Positions 25,338 through 25,842 of a stretch of DNA of 25,842 nt are shown piece after piece; positions within the stretch are counted from its first letter, which is position 1, and every line of letters starts with the position of its first letter. The notes under the pieces were generated by a model that saw only the letters and a list, made by a program, of their open reading frames with translations, was not told the DNA's origin and made no database searches. The position numbers were made by a program, and so were the translations under genes. The DNA is from Candidatus Campbellbacteria bacterium (lineage in GTDB: Bacteria > Patescibacteriota > Minisyncoccia > UBA9983): assembly GCA_003231675.1 (NCBI GenBank), contig QIJB01000101.1, positions 1 through 25,842 of the forward strand. Direction: 5' to 3'.

Positions 25338-25842
25338 TCAGGATTTCTTAATATCAACAATTTTCAGACGGAGTTCGGTTCTGCCGGCGAAGAACGATTT
25401 TTCCAGTGTGGCGGCGAGGTCTATTTTTTCTCCGGCGCGCAGGTTGAATTTTTCGCTGTCGCCGATAAAAAATCCGATTGCCGGCACCTTCTTACCGGCC
25501 GAATTCTTAAAATCCAGCCCCAGATGAATTCCGCCGTTGCCGAATTTTCTGACATTGTCTATTTCCAGTTCGGAAAACTTGAACACCGGCTTGGAATTGT
25601 CCATACCGAACGGCTGAAGTTTTTCAATCACCGCCCATGTATCCCAATTGACATCGTCAATCAATGTTCAAAATGCCATTTTCCGTTTTTTCTTTCGGCA
25701 TTTTTCCGTGAATGCTTAAAACTTCTTTTTTAAGTTCTTCAATTTTATTTTCTCCCATTGAAAAACCCCCGGCAAAAGCATGTCCGCCATAATTCAACAA
25801 AACTCCTTCAGATAAATTTTTCATCAAATCAACCAAATTGAC
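25338..25842 (-). CDS. recJ: Single-stranded-DNA exonuclease RecJ, 3' part (end of DHHA1 + OB domain); 5' end outside the window; frameshift at ~25657-25665
   Basis: Edge frame ...NYGGHAFAGGFS...ILNID stops at TGA 25657-25659. EKLQPFGMDNSKPVF...HL...AIGF...LRLKIVDI continues in another frame. Confidence 0.85.

Noticed and set aside
25657-25659. In-frame TGA in recJ (and in comEC) as evidence of UGA recoding (table 25)
   Set aside because: The homology continues in a different frame, and TGA acts as a normal stop for rnhA and the beta-CASP gene.
1-25842. CRISPR array, tRNA/rRNA genes, transposase, integrase or DGR reverse transcriptase
   Set aside because: None seen. All periodic repeats are in-frame protein repeats without unique spacers, and no such enzyme motifs appear in the ORFs.

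Overview
Core-genome window from a small-genome bacterium. The gene set and protein styles point to Patescibacteria/CPR (Parcubacteria-like), which is an inference; translation table 11 fits. Most genes are on the minus strand: a giant (>1150 aa) modular surface/fibre-like protein that runs off the left edge and is missing from the ORF track, metG, an AI-2E transporter, an M16 peptidase, glyQS, a large Ig-like membrane-anchored protein, recO, a DHH phosphoesterase, an amino-acid permease, a LOG-like protein, a beta-CASP nuclease, three accessory secreted-protein genes with a low-GC patch, ndk, a two-gene comEC with desulfoferrodoxin inserted antisense between the halves, RNase HI and the 3' end of recJ. 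The main non-routine signals are: (1) a perfect 53-nt nested palindrome inserted in frame (17 codons) in glyQS, plus a smaller in-frame hairpin in the ComEC MBL gene; (2) an unannotated ~130-nt structured RNA with its own extended -10 promoter and terminator, most likely a compact 6S RNA; (3) repeated '-10 box + 6-7 nt + ATG' starts suggesting leaderless mRNAs; (4) four frameshifts (glyQS, a propeller-like gene, comEC, recJ) that are probably assembly indels. All GC values are rough hand counts on sampled lines, and no database searches were run.
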